The translations under genes and the position numbers were made by a program. Below, one piece after another: positions 27,241 to 41,212 of a stretch of 64,000 bases of DNA (position 1 is its first letter; every line of letters begins with the position of its first letter). Source of the stretch: Paramecium tetraurelia (lineage: Eukaryota); assembly GCA_000165425.1 (NCBI GenBank), contig CT868674.1, forward strand, positions 1-64,000, read 5' to 3'. Below the pieces are notes generated by a model. It did no database searches. It saw nothing but the letters and a program-made list of their open reading frames with translations, and was not told where the DNA came from.

Positions 27241-28142
27241 TCAATGTTTATTTCCCCCCTTTCTTGATGATTTCTTTTTGTGTCTCTTGATATTGAGTTG
27301 CATAGTTTTGAGTTTTTTTAATTCCATTTATTGTTCTTCCAACAATCTCAATCCTCTAAGATATTATAAATTGTTATTTACTTTTTATATCCATCTTTTT
27401 GTTTGTCAAGTTGATGAAGAAGCTTGTCCTTTTTAATTTTATGCAATTGATTTTATTCCTTATAAAGTTCTCTCATTAATTTCTTTTTAGTCATAATTTT
27501 TTTTCTCTGCATTGATCTCAGTTCTTCTTATTTAGAAATGGCATTTTAAGTTTTCTTAATTTATAAGTGTTTGGGTAGATACTCAGATTTAATTCTAGGA
27601 GTCAATGGGAAAATCTTTATTATTGGTTTGTCAATAATTAAAACAACATCCTTTTAAGTGTTCATCAGCTATTCGAATTCGTGAATATTATCCAATTGTT
27701 TTTATTTACAAATTTGGAACAATTTATCAAAGATGAGATTGAAATTTGGGACATTTGTTTTATTTTGGACAATATGGTTGACAATCTATTGACTAAAAGG
27801 ACTATGATCTTAAATAGCCTTTTCGTAGTTCTTCACAAAGGTCCCCACATATTGAGTGGACTATAATAATTTGTCAGCTTATAAGATGGCTTCAATATTG
27901 GGTTCTTGAGTTGAGAGATACAAGATTAAGGCCACGAATGATTTTCCTTTTAATTCTGTGAAGTTGTTTGAATATGATTGCAGGATTTGAATGCCCTAAT
28001 TATGATTGGTTTCAATTAATTATTAAAGTAACTCAGAACATGAGAATCCTAATTTTGTCAGCTTTTTTGTAATTTTAGGAACCTCATTTAGAGCTAGGAT
28101 GTCTTGTAATTGGGATAAACGTTCTTGAGTTTATTCTTCCAT
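27241..28142 (-). CDS. NOP14 C-terminal-like nucleolar protein (only ~291 aa)
   Basis: KPIIKIFPLTPRIKSEY...KKKLMRELYKEQNQL...RLLEEQQNGIKKLK plus a basic tail follows the pattern of the NOP14 C-terminus. One 26-nt intron at ~27356-27381. Confidence 0.65.
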
Positions 28143-28181
28143 AAATAATTAAGTTTAATTTATATTACTCAAAATATTTAT

Positions 28182-31100
28182 TCAATCATCTGTCTAGCAT
28201 AAAATTGCCACTCCTCTTTTGACCCAATGGTAGGGATGATGATCAGGTGATATAGGTAAATATATAGAAATAACAAAGTTTGTAGAATGACCGGTGGTCG
28301 ATAGTGTTCCTGCTCTTCTTGAGGTTTTATATACAGGGCATTCATAAACCTAAGGAACATTAGAATTATTCTTACAGATGTATCAGCATCCCAATCCTTT
28401 TTCTCCTCACTTGGCAATAACCAGAGATATGGTACTGAGTATTACAAAATTTTAGGCAAACTTTCATTGAGACATCTGTTTTCTTCATCCCATCTTGCTC
28501 CATCAAGGAATAAACCATAAACATAACATCCATCTTCAGGGGGTTTAGTAAGATCATACTCTTATGATGAAGGAGGGATCACAATAAATTCAAAGGACAA
28601 CGTATCTATTGGAATTTAGTACTAATGATGATGAAATATTTAAATACCCTCCTAGCAAAGTTTTATAGTGTGCCAGTTAAAAAGGACTAAGTGAAAAAGA
28701 ATCCGGAAACCCAGAAAGTAGGTGGGGCACCGTTGTCGATCCATAATTGCATAAAATGCAACCTCTCAATAAAATCATTAATCCAGGATCCTAAGGGTTT
28801 AAGTGATGGATAAGCCACCTTATGCCAAATATCAGGAACTTGATTATCAAACACTTTATTAAAAACTTATTCTAAATCCGCACTCATCACTACCAAACCA
28901 TCAATTGCCTTGCCTAAATCAATCAAAGATTATGTAACTGCTTATAATAATTTATTGAATCTAATCAATTCTTATTGCAATACAGTGTTCATACTCTGAT
29001 TGTATTAAACAGGATGTTTACGAGCAGCCTCTTCAACATTGAATCTCTTAGGCAATTTAGCTAGAATCTATTTACACTTTTCTTTTATAAGATCTTCTGC
29101 AGATGTGCCCGCACCTCCAGTTGATCTTGGAAGCAATGATAATATAGTTGAAGTAATAAAATTGGTTTCGATGATTGCTGATGATATTTCAGCATTATCA
29201 TGTAATCCAAATACCTCAGTTTAATCATTCAATGGTAGGTTTCTTATATACTCCTTGTAATCTTCTAGAACTCCATTTGGAGGAATGTAATAGGTTCCAC
29301 TTGGACTCAATTTATGTCTATCAATCTACAATACATCAGTTGTATAAAATTATTTAAGTAAAATGGCAATTAATCTTCTATCTTTTGGATCTGTAACTCT
29401 ACCTCCGTAATTAGCTTCAGCAACCATATAATTAAGAGCTTCCCAAGGGATATCCTCAAAAGTATCAAGAAAATTTCTTAATTAAGATACAGAGATTGCT
29501 AGATCTGCAGACGTAAACTCATATGGAATATTCCATCCAAGAGGTCCATACTTACGACGCTCTAAACAAACAGCATGGAAGAAGTTTAATCCGAAAAATA
29601 ATTTTTTCCATTCTACAGGTTTCTTGCACTATTCAAAACTTTTATTATCAATTGATGAGAAGTTTCTTAGCATATTATTTTTTAATCCTCTTGGCGGTTC
29701 ATAAGTCATCTTAATACCTTTCATCAAAAGAGTAACTGGAAATACACTAGATGGCATTGAAGTTAGCCATATTCTGAAATCTGTATTGACATCTGGTTTT
29801 GCACATATTTCCTATTCATGAATTCTCTCCAATTCTGGCATAAATGATGGAGCAAGATGGCAATTCTATAATAATACCCATTTGCCATCCTTTACTGCTC
29901 CTTTAATCGCATTTGTGGCTATTTCCCCTTATCCTTGTCCCAATGAGAGTGGAATAAAGTTTTACCTAAATCCAAATTTGTCAGCCAAAGCTTGTATTTC
30001 CAAACGAGGATCTGCACCAGGTGATAAAATGAAAATCAAGGGTGTGAATGCATCTGCATCTTTATAGGCATATTCAAGATTAAAGGGTGGAGGATCCATG
30101 AATTATTTACCCATTTCTGTAATGATTAGATTCTGAGTTGCATTAGCAAATTTATCCGGCCTAATAATTCTCAATATTATTAATTTTTAAAAGGCTGATA
30201 AAGATGTAGCCCAAGGTTCAGGCAATTTTTAAGTTTGCGGTTCAGAGCTGTCATATATCTCCTGCCAAACTTCAAGATTCTTTGTAACTGATTCAGGCAA
30301 CCCTTTGAAACAAGCTAACACATCAGCTGCTTCAGTTATTAAACACCACATCTTCTTAGAAATCCACTCTGCCTATTATGGATGATGGTATGTGGGATCT
30401 GTGTAGGTTCCTCCCACCATAGTAAAACGAATCTCTTAAGGAGTAATCTTGCCATCACTTTACATCACTTTCATTGTCATCAAGAAGGAGAATATTAATT
30501 TATCCTTCTCTAGAAGAGATCTGCAGATACTCTCATAGAGAGATATTTAAAATTTATCTATTATATTTTTACTTCTATTCTCCTTTCCTTAAATTGATTC
30601 CCTGATTGCTCTTTCAAATAGTATAATATAGAATTCTAATGACCATTGATAAGTTGGTTCAATCAATGAAAGATCCAACACAACAAAATATAAATTAGCA
30701 ACTCTCTTAGCCACTTCTCTGTAGAAATTACGAATCTGATTGAATTATTCTCTATCCTATTCCTACTTCTTCAATTTATCTTAAATAGTTATTGACTCTG
30801 CTTTCGATCTTTAGAGAGTATCAATTAAAACTTCATCATCCAATAGATTACCTTTAGATTCTTGCAACAATTACAAAATATTATCTTCTGTCATCTTTTA
30901 TTTGTTTTTATTTTCAAAGAACTCCTTAATATTTCTTTGTCTTTATTCATCTTTAGCAGGTTCCTCTATCTTTACAACAATATTTAACATCTGATCCTCT
31001 AATCCCTCCTAAGTAACTTAGAAGTTTAGCATAGTCACCTTGACACAGATTTCAGGTGGATAATGAGGTCTGGCTAATTTGGTTGTCATGTAGAACTTGA

Positions 31101-34100
31101 AATCTTTTGAGTAATCAACCATCTTATCTCCGAATTTCAATTTATAAGCTGAGCCTTACTTGATTATTTTTTGTTGTAAAATCGATTCAAAAATAGCATC
31201 TATGCTCTCTCCAACATTTTCTAATAGTACACTTTAACCAAATTGCAATGCACTTTCCAAAGTCTTAGACAATACATTCTAAGATTAAGTCGGTCTCACG
31301 ATCACCAAAGATTAGTTCTCTCCATGTTTCATCTCCATATGCTTAACCCATGTATTGGCTTATGTTTAAGGATCAATCATCAAAGGCCATCTTGTAGAAT
31401 TTTTTAAGATAATTGCATTGTCAATTGAAAATGAATCATTTGGTAACTTCTGCACATTTGTCCATTATCCCATTGTGATTGGATCACATAAAATCTTTTG
31501 TAATGAATAATCTGGATCATATTCCAAATTCAACTTAACTAATAAACCTTGCCATGCCTTTATTGTATCATCTCTATAAGCAATAGGAAATGCTCCCAAA
31601 TAAGCCACAATTCCTGATGACAAGATACAATCACCAACAATTGTTTTAGAATCAACTCTAAAATCAGCAGCCTTCTTCTTCCAACTCTCCTTTTCTCCTC
31701 CTAATTCTGTTATCAATTTTTCTGCCCTACTCAATTAGATTTTACACTTATTAACCTTGGCCTCCAAGTCTTCCTTTTCTTACTTGGCCTTATTATACTC
31801 TGCCTCTAATTTGGCTAGCATGTCAAGCACTTCTTACAATGCTTCTTACTTAACTCTTAGTGTTTCTTCGGCTTCCTTTAATTTTGATTCTGCTTCAAGT
31901 AATTATTATCTCTTGGGATCCACAACCAACAAAGCATCATAAGTTTCTACGACTGCTCTGACCCATAAACTGAGATTACCTGCTGCAACAGATGCATTAA
32001 ACACCTTATCCTTCTAAAACAATGGGTTTTACGAGAATGCTCTTAATTTATTGATCTTTACTTAAGGAATTTATCTGATTGAGTCATCTCTGAAATCCTT
32101 AATTCTCTTAATCAACTTATCATTCAAAAGATTCTTTTTAGAATACTCCCAAAAATCTTACACTTTTTCCATAGAACCAGGTTCTTTTGGTTTCCATGGC
32201 ACATCTTGATCTTCCTAAAAGATGTAACATAATCCTTCCATGACAATGGCTGCAGAAGGGGGAGGCTTAGGAAATGATTTCAATTAAACCATATCATTTT
32301 TATCAATCTTTTCCAATGCTTCAGCAGCTTAAGCCAGAATAGGTAACACTTTATCGAGATCATTTTAACAATCATTTCTTAAAGCATTTGCCCCATCTCT
32401 TTGCACATTACAATCTTTCTCTTCTTATTGACAAACCTATTTTCTTGCATCGGCTTCTTTCTATTTCTTTTACAGATTAATTAACATTATACTATTGTCC
32501 TTAGTAGCCTATTCCAATTTTGGTTATAAATCTTCTAACTCCTTCTACATTTTGCTTACTTCACTCTCGGTAATGATAATCTTATCAACACCTGCCTCAT
32601 AACGAGATATTTATTTAATCATATTTTGATCTCTATCTGATTTCAGTCTCTTAAATGTGTTGAGCAATTCCAAATAAGAAGTTGGAGTAACATAATAATA
32701 TCTTCTTAATTCATTATAATATCTTTTGGTTAGATCAGACACTCTCATCTACATATCGACTGCAATATCCACTAAACCTTATCTCAATTTAGTATCAGTA
32801 ATGTTCATATCCCTTGTAAATACTGCATCAGCAGTTGATCTAAGAGCCTCTTCTGGCCATGGCAAAAACCAATCAATAGTTGTACAATTAACCAAAGCTG
32901 GAAAAGTACGCAGTCTTCTTCTGAATGCCTCTCCAACAGGTGACATGCAAATCACAAGATGCAAATTCTTCTTACATTACCTAACGAAGTAACTATACTT
33001 TTCATTCGGTGTACCAGAAGTATAACTGCTCATTTCTTCAATGATTTTACTCTTCTCTTCAGGAGGGAATAGATTAGGCACCTCACCATTATTCAAGATA
33101 TTACAAATATCCTCAACCATTGATTCCTTGATGATCTAAGTGTCTGAATACATAAACACAAATTCTTTTTGATCAATTCCTCCCATCTTCATAACCTTTT
33201 GCAATTCTTCTATCCAATTTCTTGAGTCAACTTGCAAGGTTTCATTTTGGAATGCTATGAATGATGCCAATTAAGCCAAACTCTTTCTTCCAGATCCTCC
33301 CACTCCAACCAATAATGCATGACCAAATGTGGTATTAACAACACGCACTATTTTAAGCACATGTTGAATAGCATTCATAAATAACACTAATTCCATTCTA
33401 TTGCTTGTGTATTGAGAATTGTATTCATTTAATTATTCTTAACATACTTTCTTAAGTGTCTCTCGATCTGTTAATTCACAATAGATATCAGTCATAGGTC
33501 TCTTTGTTCTATCATCATCAGGATAGAGAGTGGGAACAAATGAAGCCCATAAGAGTGGTTCTATTTACACTAGTTGTTTCCAATCTCGCTTGAAGTGTTT
33601 CAGAATGGTTTCCTTTAGAATCTTATCAAAAGTTCCTTAATCATCTTCATTAATCAATCTATCTTAAAACACACGTTGACATTCATGTGCCCATAATTTA
33701 ATGAAATCGTTTTCGTCTCTGAATGATTTGATTATTCCTTTAGAAATTCCTTGGAAAACTTTACTGATATCTCTAAGATTGTAAATGTAATGAGATTTAG
33801 CTGGAGTAGGCAAAAGCTCTTTACAAGTTTAGATTAATTAATAAATGTCAAGTGTAGCATTAACTGTTTGATCTCTAAGATTTGTAATAGATTTCATAAA
33901 CGGATTTGTTTGTCTAGCATAATACCATTCCAAAACATTCTAGAATATCCTTTGCAATGAATCTCCTTCGAATGGTTCTACATATAAGAGGACATAGTGT
34001 CTTAAATATCTCATGCTGACTACATTTCTACCTCCAGTAGGAGGCAACATACTTGCAATAAATGTAATTCCTTAAAGATATTTAGGCTCCTTTGTTTCTA

Positions 34101-37100
34101 AATCATACCATCCTCCAGTATCCATCCATTGTCTTAACAATTCTATTGGAGGTTATGCGCCATATTTTTCTTTAGCTGGCATATTCAAATCATCAATAAA
34201 AATCACAATATACTTCTTACCCTCTTCAGGTCCAAAGTATCCCTTTCTTCTTCTCGAATTAACTTTAGCCTCTATAGTTTTTTGAACTTAATTCACTAAA
34301 GTTTAACCTGAAAATGCAGTTATCAAATTTGTATATTCTGTATTAAAATAATTTTTATTGATTTCACTCACAATGTTTGATGTTTTACCAGTACCAGTAG
34401 GTCCAGATACAAGAAGATGTATTTTATTTTTCACACATAAATGAAGGAAGTAATTATTTCTAATTGAATCACTTGTTGGAATTAGTAAATCATGATATTC
34501 GCATCCTTTTGGTATTATAAATGGTGGCTAGGTTTGAGTCCAACTTATGAAATTATTTTTATTTCTATCATAAACCATATCAAATAGATTAGCTTTATCT
34601 GGTAATTTGGCATTTATTGAGATTGGTTAGAATTTATACTACAATTGTAATTTATAGGAATCTTGAACATCTTCAGATGATATCAATTTAATTAAAAACT
34701 AATTGAATTGTTTTCTACAGACTTCGTCAATTGCTGCTCCAAAACTCCAAACACATGAGAATAATATCGCTTTTGAGATGATATCTTTAATTTCATTATG
34801 ATTAATTTATTTTTGCGATGCCTTGTCATCCATATCTGTCCATTCCTGCACATATGTTTACAATATGAGTAACATATTTTTGACTAAAGTCATTTTCACT
34901 TCTATATATTGGGAATTTACCATTCCTTCTCAGCCATTCCTAGCAACAATCAATCAAAACTCTCAACAAATCATCTAAATAATGATGTTCTATAAATTTC
35001 TCTGGAATTGTTTGTATATATGATTTCACTAAAGCATACCATCCAATTTATTATGTCTCCAAAAACACCATACCACATCTACTAACAGTGGCAGGAGATG
35101 CAACGGCTAGATCTTCTACTTCAAACATCATGGTCATCCAATTTGTCATCTTAATGATTTCACCTGATGTCAAACATAATTTCTTGTTATCATCCAATAC
35201 AGTATTCATATTTTCAATCCAAACTGCATCAACAGGTCCATCAAATACAACCCACTTTCTTTCTTCAATTTCTGCATCTTATGCACACTATCTCATAATA
35301 ATAGCTATGACTCCATCAGTCCATGATTTTGTATCCGGATCCAATTTACCATATAATTAATCTGAAGTAATTGATTTTGGATTAAGTTTAAGCACAGCAA
35401 CATTCACAAATGATTGTATCTTATTTAATGATGACATTGCTTTGCCCAAGCATTCCAAAACCTTAGATTTTCCTGCAAACGCCTATCCTACAATCATTAA
35501 ACCATGACGCACATTGATGGTGTCAAATAATTGGATGCACTTTTCAATAAAACCTTTTTCTGCTTGAATATTTATATCCTAAGCTACATTTTTGAGTGCT
35601 GTTTCCAATGCTCCATAATCTTATTCTGGTAACTTAATACCTGGAAATAGATCAGATGTAATGGAATTGAATAGAGGTACATCATTGATTGTGAATTTTG
35701 GAATATTGACATCCATCAGTGCTCTTAAACAGATGATATCTTCAATATCATTCATGACTCTTTTTAAATTACCTGCAGCTGTCAAAATAGCCTTCAAAGC
35801 TCTCATACCAAAATCATAATGGTCTTGTGATGAAAGCTATTCGGATGATAACCTGAGTGATGCTACAATTTTACGAGCTAAATTATTTGCATCTTAAAAT
35901 CCTACAGAAGCTAAATATATTTCAGAAATCAATGCATAATCTGGAACCATCATAGCACATGGTCTAAATAAGGCTTTTAAGTTGTCAGGTAAATCAGATC
36001 TTCCAGCATATCCTGGATTCATTGTGATATTGATAGCACAGGAAGGTACAAGCTTTATTGGAGTTCCTTCAAATTCAAATTCTGGTCTCTTTTGTTTGAT
36101 AGCATCCTAGATAGTAAGTACTTACTAAGCTATAACTGATAACACCTCTAAGTCAATACGATTGAATTCATCAAAACAACACCATGCTCCTGAACTTGCC
36201 AACCCTTTAAAGAATTTACTCATAGCCAAATAGTTCAAACCATCAGAACAATTAAACACAACACATTAGACTGCCAATGCCTTAGCTAAATCTTTGACTG
36301 TTTCTGTTTTTCCTGTTCCTGCAGGACCTTCAGGTGCACCTCCATATTATAAATGGAATGCTCCCATCAAAGTACGATAACATCTATCAGTCAAAGGGGT
36401 AATAACCAATCTCATGCTATTACCCAAATATTCATATCCATATAGTAAATCAGCGTTTATCATTTTTACGTTGCATTTCATTACTTATTCAGTCCAATAA
36501 TATCTTAATTATGCCATCCATTAGAAATTATTAATATCATTGCAACCAATCTTCACCAACTATCTGATAACATCTCTAGCATGGACATCCAACACTACCA
36601 AAGCTCCCAATGTTAATCTCTCTAAAGGAGACAAATCCTATCTAACTAGGTCTACTATATCTCTTAGTTCATTTATTAATTATTATAAGAATCCTGCCAA
36701 TCCTCCATGAGAATTATCCTTATCATTAATTGATGTTTCACTACCCCTAGTCCATCTGACCATGTTAACAGCTAATACAATTTAAGCTGGCCATTTTCTA
36801 ACCCAAGCCACTCTTTTAGTATCTACATCCAAATGAGATGCCTTCATAATCTTTTTAAGAGTATCAATCATAACTGCTTCAATTTCACATAACCATTTTT
36901 CAACATTTCCTTTTTTATCTCCCTCATTCACATTTATGGCTTTTGAAAAAGGAACTTTTTCTTTTTCAGCTGAAATCATTGCTACTACTTCTTATCCATT
37001 AACAAATTCCAATAAATTGATGGCTTCAAAACATTTATTAATATGCTTTTATACAGTTTCAGGATCTTTGGTTTATGCCAAAATTTCTAACAATTCTTCA

Positions 37101-40100
37101 TCTGACAAAAAGTAAAATCTTGGAAAAGAATTACGTTTAGTTTCTAAATACTCACTTAAAGATTTCTAAATCTAATCCAAAGCTTTATTATCTTAATCAA
37201 ATTCATTTTTCATCTTATCACTATCCACTCCATCCCATAAATTAGGTTCCTTGCTAAATTGTTCCATTACAGTTCTCCAATGTGAATCCACCTTCTAAAA
37301 CTTTAGTGTTTCCTAAGGCATCTTCTTCTTGATATCATCAGATGTAAAGATTGGTTCTAAATACATCCATCCTCTTTAACATTTTAGTCCATCCATCCAA
37401 TGTATCTTAAATCAATACTATTTTATATTCTAAAGCTTAAGCCTTATGTAAAACTGCCTTTATTTATGGTTATGCCTTTAACATCAATAAGATATTAAAT
37501 TAATCATCAAAGCATTGGACCACTTCTTCAAGAGACTTTAACACAAAAGTTCCAGTCTTCTTATATGGGATCATCTCGACCTTTTAATCTTTCAACTTTT
37601 CTTAAATTAAATTAAGATTCTTTTCAATTTACCATTGCTTTTCAGCCCTTCTTGATACCTCCTCAATGTCACTTCTATGATTCATCAAACCATGTGAGAC
37701 AAGTGTATCTAATGATAAGTCATCATTTGTTTCTTAATCAACTATTCCAACAATCTTCCAAATATCCTTCCACATATTCAATTTAATTTTCATGGCTTCT
37801 GTAGTAAGTAATTCAATTAACCATAACTTTTCTTTAAACTCATCAATCTGGCTTTTAAGTTTCCTAGCCACTTCTACAGCTGTATCATCTACACTGTATC
37901 TGAGAATGCCTTAATGAGAATGTTAACATTTCTTTAATTAGTTCTAACTTTAGAATCTATTTCAGTAAAGTTTAGTTTTAAAAATGATCCAGTACACCAA
38001 TCTCCCTTTTCCATTTCAAATTCAATGAAATAAGTCCATAAATTATAGTAAATAGCAAAGTTCTTAATTAATTACTCCAACTCATCATAGACAGATTCTG
38101 GTGATTTAAATAATCTTTCTCTTTCATTAAAGGATTCTACCTTTTCCTTAGCCTTCTATAACCTTTCATTTAATGACATCACTTCAGTGGCATTTTCTTT
38201 TGCTTTTGTGTAATCATCAAATTTCTATACTGTGAGATATAACTCAGCTAATTCTCTTAATTCCCCTTAGAACTTATCCTTTTCATTATCCAAATTTTCT
38301 ATGAACTTTTACTCCTAAAGATTAGCTTTTCTTTATCCTTCAATGACATGATTCTTAATTTCGGGTGGGAAACTATACAAATTCCAAAATTCATATAAAT
38401 TTTTGTCCTCAAAAGTATGGCTCATTTCCTCAAATATTGTCAAATAATCATATAAGCAATCAACTTCTTGTTTCTTTTTGGCCAAATTAACTTCATGTTC
38501 AGCAATGTAGGTCTTTAATTCAACTAGTTCAGCCTCATTCTTTGGTTGCTTTGTAATTCTTTCACTCATATCGTTATACTCAACACTAAGACGACTAATG
38601 TTGTCTGTCACTATTTCTGAGCATTGTTTCAAAATAGAAGACACAAATTCATTTGCCTTTTAAATTAGATTTTCCTTGGCAATTCTAGTTTTTATCTAAA
38701 AGAATTATTCATTTTTCTCATCCAAACATAACCTTTGTATCTATAATTTAGCGTTGATAAAATCATTCAATTTCTTTTAGATCTCATCCTTATCCAAAGA
38801 TGTTATGATTGGTTTCTTAGAAATATCTCCAAATAGACTCTTTAATATGCTTGAGACTGGCTTTTCTAAAAGAAAGCTGTATTCTCTAAAACGTTAAAGC
38901 ATTTCATTGGGTTTCTGAAAACCTATTTCGATGTACTCCAAAATTTTGTCTCTTGCCCATTTAACCCAAATTTAATCCTAATCATTTTCAATTTCATAGG
39001 CTCTTAATCTCCCTTTAACTTCCTTTTTTTAATCAATATCAACCAGAGGAACTAGATCCTTTTCTAGACGATTAAATGAATTGACTGATTCTAATAATAG
39101 ATCTAATGGTTTCAAGAGAGCAGCTTAGATAGATTATAAGCTTGGAGAAAATATATAGCATTTGTAGGATCTTCCTCAAATAATGGAGTATCATCTTACT
39201 TGACCTTCTTTTCATTTTTCTTACTCCTTTTGAAACTAAGATTGACTTCAAGATTAAGAATCATAAGTGGGTAATCATTAATCCTCCAATATTCTCCTTA
39301 TTTTGGGGTAGTAAATTTCTTAATAAAATCAACCCAAGCTATACAATTCCATTTAACTACATTCTCTCTTATATAATTAGTAAACATGTAATCAATTCTT
39401 ATAAGTAACTTTTATAAGTCACTATCTAGATAATCTTCAGTTTCAGTCTAATAGAATCTATACTTTTCTCTTAATTTATCTTGTATGTCACCAACAATGG
39501 TACTTCTCCATTGCACCTATAGAGTTTATCTTCCTTGCACTTAATGTTGTTTTTGTTGACTTTCAAAATTGGATAGAGTCATTGGAAGTGATTGATGATT
39601 CAGTAATACATTTAGCAAGGGGAAGTTTTGGTATAATTGGGATCTTGCAGTCAAGGCATTAAGTGTATTAACAACAACAGTCAATTTAGAATAATGCAAT
39701 GATTGAATCGTTTGTCTTGTAGGAACAAATGCCCAGTTATCTTATTATTTAATAAATGATTTAGCAGATTGACCCTATGATTCATAATTGATGACTTTGG
39801 TATCGCTTCCAAATTATTTGCACAATCCATAGAATGGTTTTTTGGTTAATTCAAATCTATTTCTGATTCTAAGTTGGATCCATTTAATATCATTTTTATT
39901 AATTTCCATATCTTTAAGGATAGAACATTTCTTCATGAGCATAATGTACTCTTTTTCTACTTGTTTGACTAGATCTTTTTTAAGAATATCCAAATTTTGC
40001 AATTATTTTCTCTTTATTTCTGGGTCAGTAATCATAGTTTTTGATTCATCCTTCAAAGTTTGTATTTATGGAAATCCTGGAGCTGTTTTGCTAGGATCCT

Positions 40101-41163
40101 CTTTTGTTAGATAAGGCAATTCTCTGAAATAAGTGAATTCGTCTATCTTTTTTTGCATTTCAGTAGATAAAATAGATGTCATTGAATCAGGCAAAGAATC
40201 GATGTATTTAAGAAATCGATATTCGTCATCAGCATTTCTTTATCTTTACTTGCATAATTCAACTCTCTATTCGAATTTTATGGGGTCTTCTGCAAAGAAT
40301 AATAGGGATAGTCTTCCAATCCATTTGATTTTGTTACTTCTCAACACCTTCACTTCATAGCGACCATTTTGATAGCCGAGAACTTCAACATCAGTCCAAA
40401 TGTATTTGTCTGAATGATCAAAAAGGGGACATTTGGCATGTGGAGGGTTGGTTTTAAGACATAATTCAATCCATTGCTCAGGAGTTTTGTCTTCGTCCCA
40501 ACAATCGTAGTCCTTCAATTTTTTATTGGCCATTCTACCTCCATAGGAGAAGTTTTTATTCTTTGGAATGTCTTCTGGTTATGAGTCATCATCATCTAAT
40601 TATGGAATTAAGTAAATTACACATCTGAAATTCGGTGAATTCTTCTCCCAAGGTTCCTTTCACTTCCACATCGAAATTCCTGCCTGAATTTATAAAATTG
40701 GGAATGAAATTCGATCTTTTGGAATTGAATTAGGAATCCATATCAAATTTCAATGTATTGGATGGAGAATTGAAATTGAGTGAAGTTAAATTCTTGATCT
40801 AACCAGTTAGTAATGGCACTTAACTTTTCACCTGTCTAGTAGTACGTATGTTTATCTATCATTTAGGATATATATTAGAATTACCTTTTTCTTCAACCCA
40901 AATTATGAACTAGTCAAGGTGCCCTCTATGGGTTGTTAGTTGTCTCTATCGTTCAATAGATTCATCACTAGTTTCCTTGAATATATGTGAGTCACAATAC
41001 CTTGGATCTTGAGTTTCAGTTTCTTATTTAATTCTTTCCTCTACTTCCTGATGTTCCTTAAAGGCCGATTGAAAATCAAAGGAAGGAGTATTGATTTTTT
41101 ATATTGGGCCTAAATGCTTCATGATTTAAAAATACCCAAAGTACGCTTGCCCTTCGAATGCAT
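28182..41163 (-). CDS. Axonemal inner-arm dynein heavy chain (DNAH1-like, ~4250 aa); contains apparent indels
   Basis: AAA1 GPAGTGKT (~36305-36328) with [11 protein letters not shown]2 GQAFAGKS (~35465), AAA3 GPTGTGKT (~34385), AAA4 GVGGSGRKS (~33290). C-terminus [16 protein letters not shown]-terminal [11 protein letters not shown] motif typical of DNAH1-type chains. Several 25-29-nt introns. Confidence 0.97.
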
Positions 41164-41212
41164 TTCTTGTCTTTCTAAAATAAAATAATATATTACAGAT
41201 ACACAAATTTAA

